A DNA stretch of 64,000 bases from the NCBI GenBank assembly GCA_964016885.1, contig OZ024741.1, positions 69,502,001 through 69,566,000 of the forward strand, in the 5' to 3' direction. The position numbers and the translations under genes are program-made. Under the pieces are notes generated by a model, which was not told the origin of the DNA, searched no databases, and saw nothing but the letters and a program-made list of their open reading frames with translations. The first letter of the stretch is position 1. Each line of letters opens with the position of its first letter. This document shows, one piece after another, positions 1 to 64,000 of the stretch. This DNA comes from Eledone cirrhosa (lineage: Eukaryota).

Positions 1-678
1 GTTGAGGACAGTTCAAATAGAAGAACATTAATATTCACTATTACAAAATACTGAGGTTTATTTTTACATCCGTTTCAATAGTTACAATGGTACATGCAAT
101 TGTAGAACAACTGGAAATGATTAGTTAGCAATACATAATACCAATAACTCACATATCTTCAGGAAAATGAGAAAGAATAAAGACCCCACATCATGCTTTC
201 ATACGTTCCCACACTCTACCCCATGCTTTGATGGGCCAGGACCCTGCATCTCACTTACATATGTTCCCTTGCCCTACCAACTGCATTTTATAGTGGCACC
301 GGCTCTTGGAGATTGTCATGTCTTTGATACTGCTGAAGTGTCCTCCGGACCCTATGTTTTGTAGGTTCTTTATGGCTGGATGCCCTTCCTATCATCAACT
401 ACTCAGTGCACTGGGTGCATTTATCATATTGATCTTATACATATTTTAAGACATTAAAGTGTGATTTGATGAATTTTTCACTGCTCTTTCTAGCAACCTT
501 AGCAACCAGATATATCATGATAGTGTATGTATGTATGTGGGTATATATGTGTGTATGTATGTATGTATGTATGTATGTGTGTATATATGTATATATATGT
601 GTGTAGGACAAGGTCCACCTTGTGTATAATTTACTATTGAACTCATATATCTTTATATTTCTTTCTTTACAACAACAG

Positions 679-61937
<61,259 letters not shown>

Positions 61938-62796
61938 ACACTAATATTGACAATTGGTAATAATAGAGATACTTATTATAGGCACAAGAAATGAAAATGA
62001 AATGACCAGTAGATGGACAGACACATAAACACACCTGGACACAGCTTACAACATGTGGGGAAACCAATAAATAAACACAAACACCAGTGCACACATACAT
62101 ACATGTACACATACACACAAACATGCACACATACACACATACATGCACACACACACATACATGCACACATACAAACATACATGCACACATACAAACACAC
62201 ACCTCACAATAACTAGAACACCTTGAAAAAAGTGTGATATTGTCTAGTCTATTTAAATCTATTGCAGGTGGGATCAACCAACTGGCATTTGTTAGTAATA
62301 TATCTGAAGGAAAGAAAAATATGATTTTTTTTTAATCATCTTTTAGATGATATAAATTAATTAATTAAAAAAAAAAGAAAAAATAGATTAACCCTTTAGC
62401 ATTTACATTACTCTATATGTACTATTGTATTTTCATGGTAAAGGCTTTAATCTCAGATAATATTGAATCTATGAGATGTTGATATTTATTTTGAGAACAA
62501 TACCTTAATATCAGTATGTGTGGCTGGTTACAACCGGTTTGAACAGAAAGAAGTGAGAGAATTCTGGCCGGATGCAGCCAGTTTAAATGCTAAAGGGTTA
62601 ATATAGATATGAGCAGCTGGTTACAACCGGTTTGAACAGAAAGAAGTGAGAGAATTCTGACCGGATACGGCCGGTTTAAATACTAAAGGGTTAATGTACA
62701 AAAATAACAAAATACTAAAATCAAAGACTAATATAATGACCAAGTCAAACCAAAGAGTATTGTAGTAATGAAAAATCTCTTTGTCGTGCTGCCGCC

Positions 62797-62802
62797 AATA
62801 AA
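62797..62802 (+). terminator. Candidate polyadenylation signal
   Basis: AATAAA followed by a GT/T-rich tract ~860 bp after the stop; other AATAAA hexamers exist. Confidence 0.35.
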
Positions 62803-64000
62803 TGTTTATTGTATTGTTTTCTTTCTCAGTTGGATTGTTTACAATGAATCGGCAAAGATATTTTGAACCACAGATTTAAAACATGCAAAAAAAAAAAATT
62901 ATTTTATATTTTGTAAAATTTCTTCCTTTTTTTAAAAAAGAAAACAAAACGAAAAATTTTATTTTGGTTCTTTTATATTTTCTATATTATATATATATAT
63001 ATATATATAATTATTTTAAAATTTTGTTTCATTTTAATTTTCCATCTGTTTCATTTTAACTTCTCATTTAAAAAACGTTTTTTTTTTCTTACTATAATTG
63101 GTATCTATTGTCATTTAATTAATTGTTTCCCCCTCTTTCTCTCTCTCTCTATCTCTCTCTATCTGCCCCACTCTCATAAACACACACACATAGTGTGTTG
63201 GAGGTAGTCACACTACTATATATATATATATACACGCACTCACATATATGCAAATGCATATATACATATGCATACATATATATATATGTACATACACACA
63301 CATATATACAAATGCCTATGTACAGAGGTATGTTAGTATAAAAATGCTTGCACACACACACACTCATTCACTCATAAATATTTACAAGTAGTGTGTGAAA
63401 CAAATGATTTTGAAATCACAAATACCATTATTATTTCCATTTAAGTTTAATCAGCATCATCCATCTGAATATTGAGAACATCAGACAAATGAGTCAGTAT
63501 TTTATCAGTCATTGTTACCCTATCATATCAATACACTAGTAGAACTAGTAATGGCAGTACAAATTGCAATGGACTGAACTAGAACAAGAGAGAGGATGAG
63601 AGACTCTTTCTTACACAATTTTAAACTTCGGTTTTTGATCATAAACCTAGTCTTAAACTTGTTTTAGTTTGTGCAGTGGAGCATGATAATTCTTTGTTTT
63701 AAAATCACAGGCAACTTTCAGCCATATCTGTGCATGGAAATAACAATTTTCCTTTTTTTTTTTATATATTTCTATCAACGTAATCATAATTTATACCTTT
63801 GAAAATGTATCTCTGCAAAATATGCATTAAGAAAGTTATGAGGAAACAAAGTCAGATATGGGAGTATTAAACTGTAATTATACAAATGATGGATTATAAT
63901 ATTTACATAATTTTCCCTCATAGCTTCCTTAGTAATGCATGTTTTACAGATATATTTTCAATTGGTGGAAATTACGATTATGTTGGTAAAATTTTGTTTT

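Overview
AT-rich, repeat-dense animal genomic DNA. The SINE, LINE and microsatellite landscape suggests an octopus or other coleoid cephalopod (inference). The window holds the 3' ~1215 codons of one + strand ADAM-family gene. I reconstructed 22 GT-AG exons in consistent phase (679-61937): end of prodomain, metalloprotease-like domain with a catalytically dead HMIGHNLGIKHD zinc motif, disintegrin, cysteine-rich, EGF, TM and a ~580-aa cytoplasmic tail. It resembles mind-meld/UNC-71. Introns carry tRNA-derived SINEs, LINE fragments (Tx1/L1-like, RTE, CR1, CRE-like), MITEs, minisatellites and two long palindromes. The top finding is in the last intron: a 474-bp tandem array (56691-60654) in which every full unit carries a minus-strand type I hammerhead ribozyme, i.e. 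a retrozyme-like array. Units alternate A/B. All 14 A/B differences are A<->G on the ribozyme strand, in ADAR-like context. This suggests an A-to-I edited circular RNA dimer copied into the genome by rolling-circle reverse transcription. Further hammerhead motifs lie at ~1111, ~12621 and in the palindrome at 56040-56419. Coordinates were read by eye and no database searches were run.
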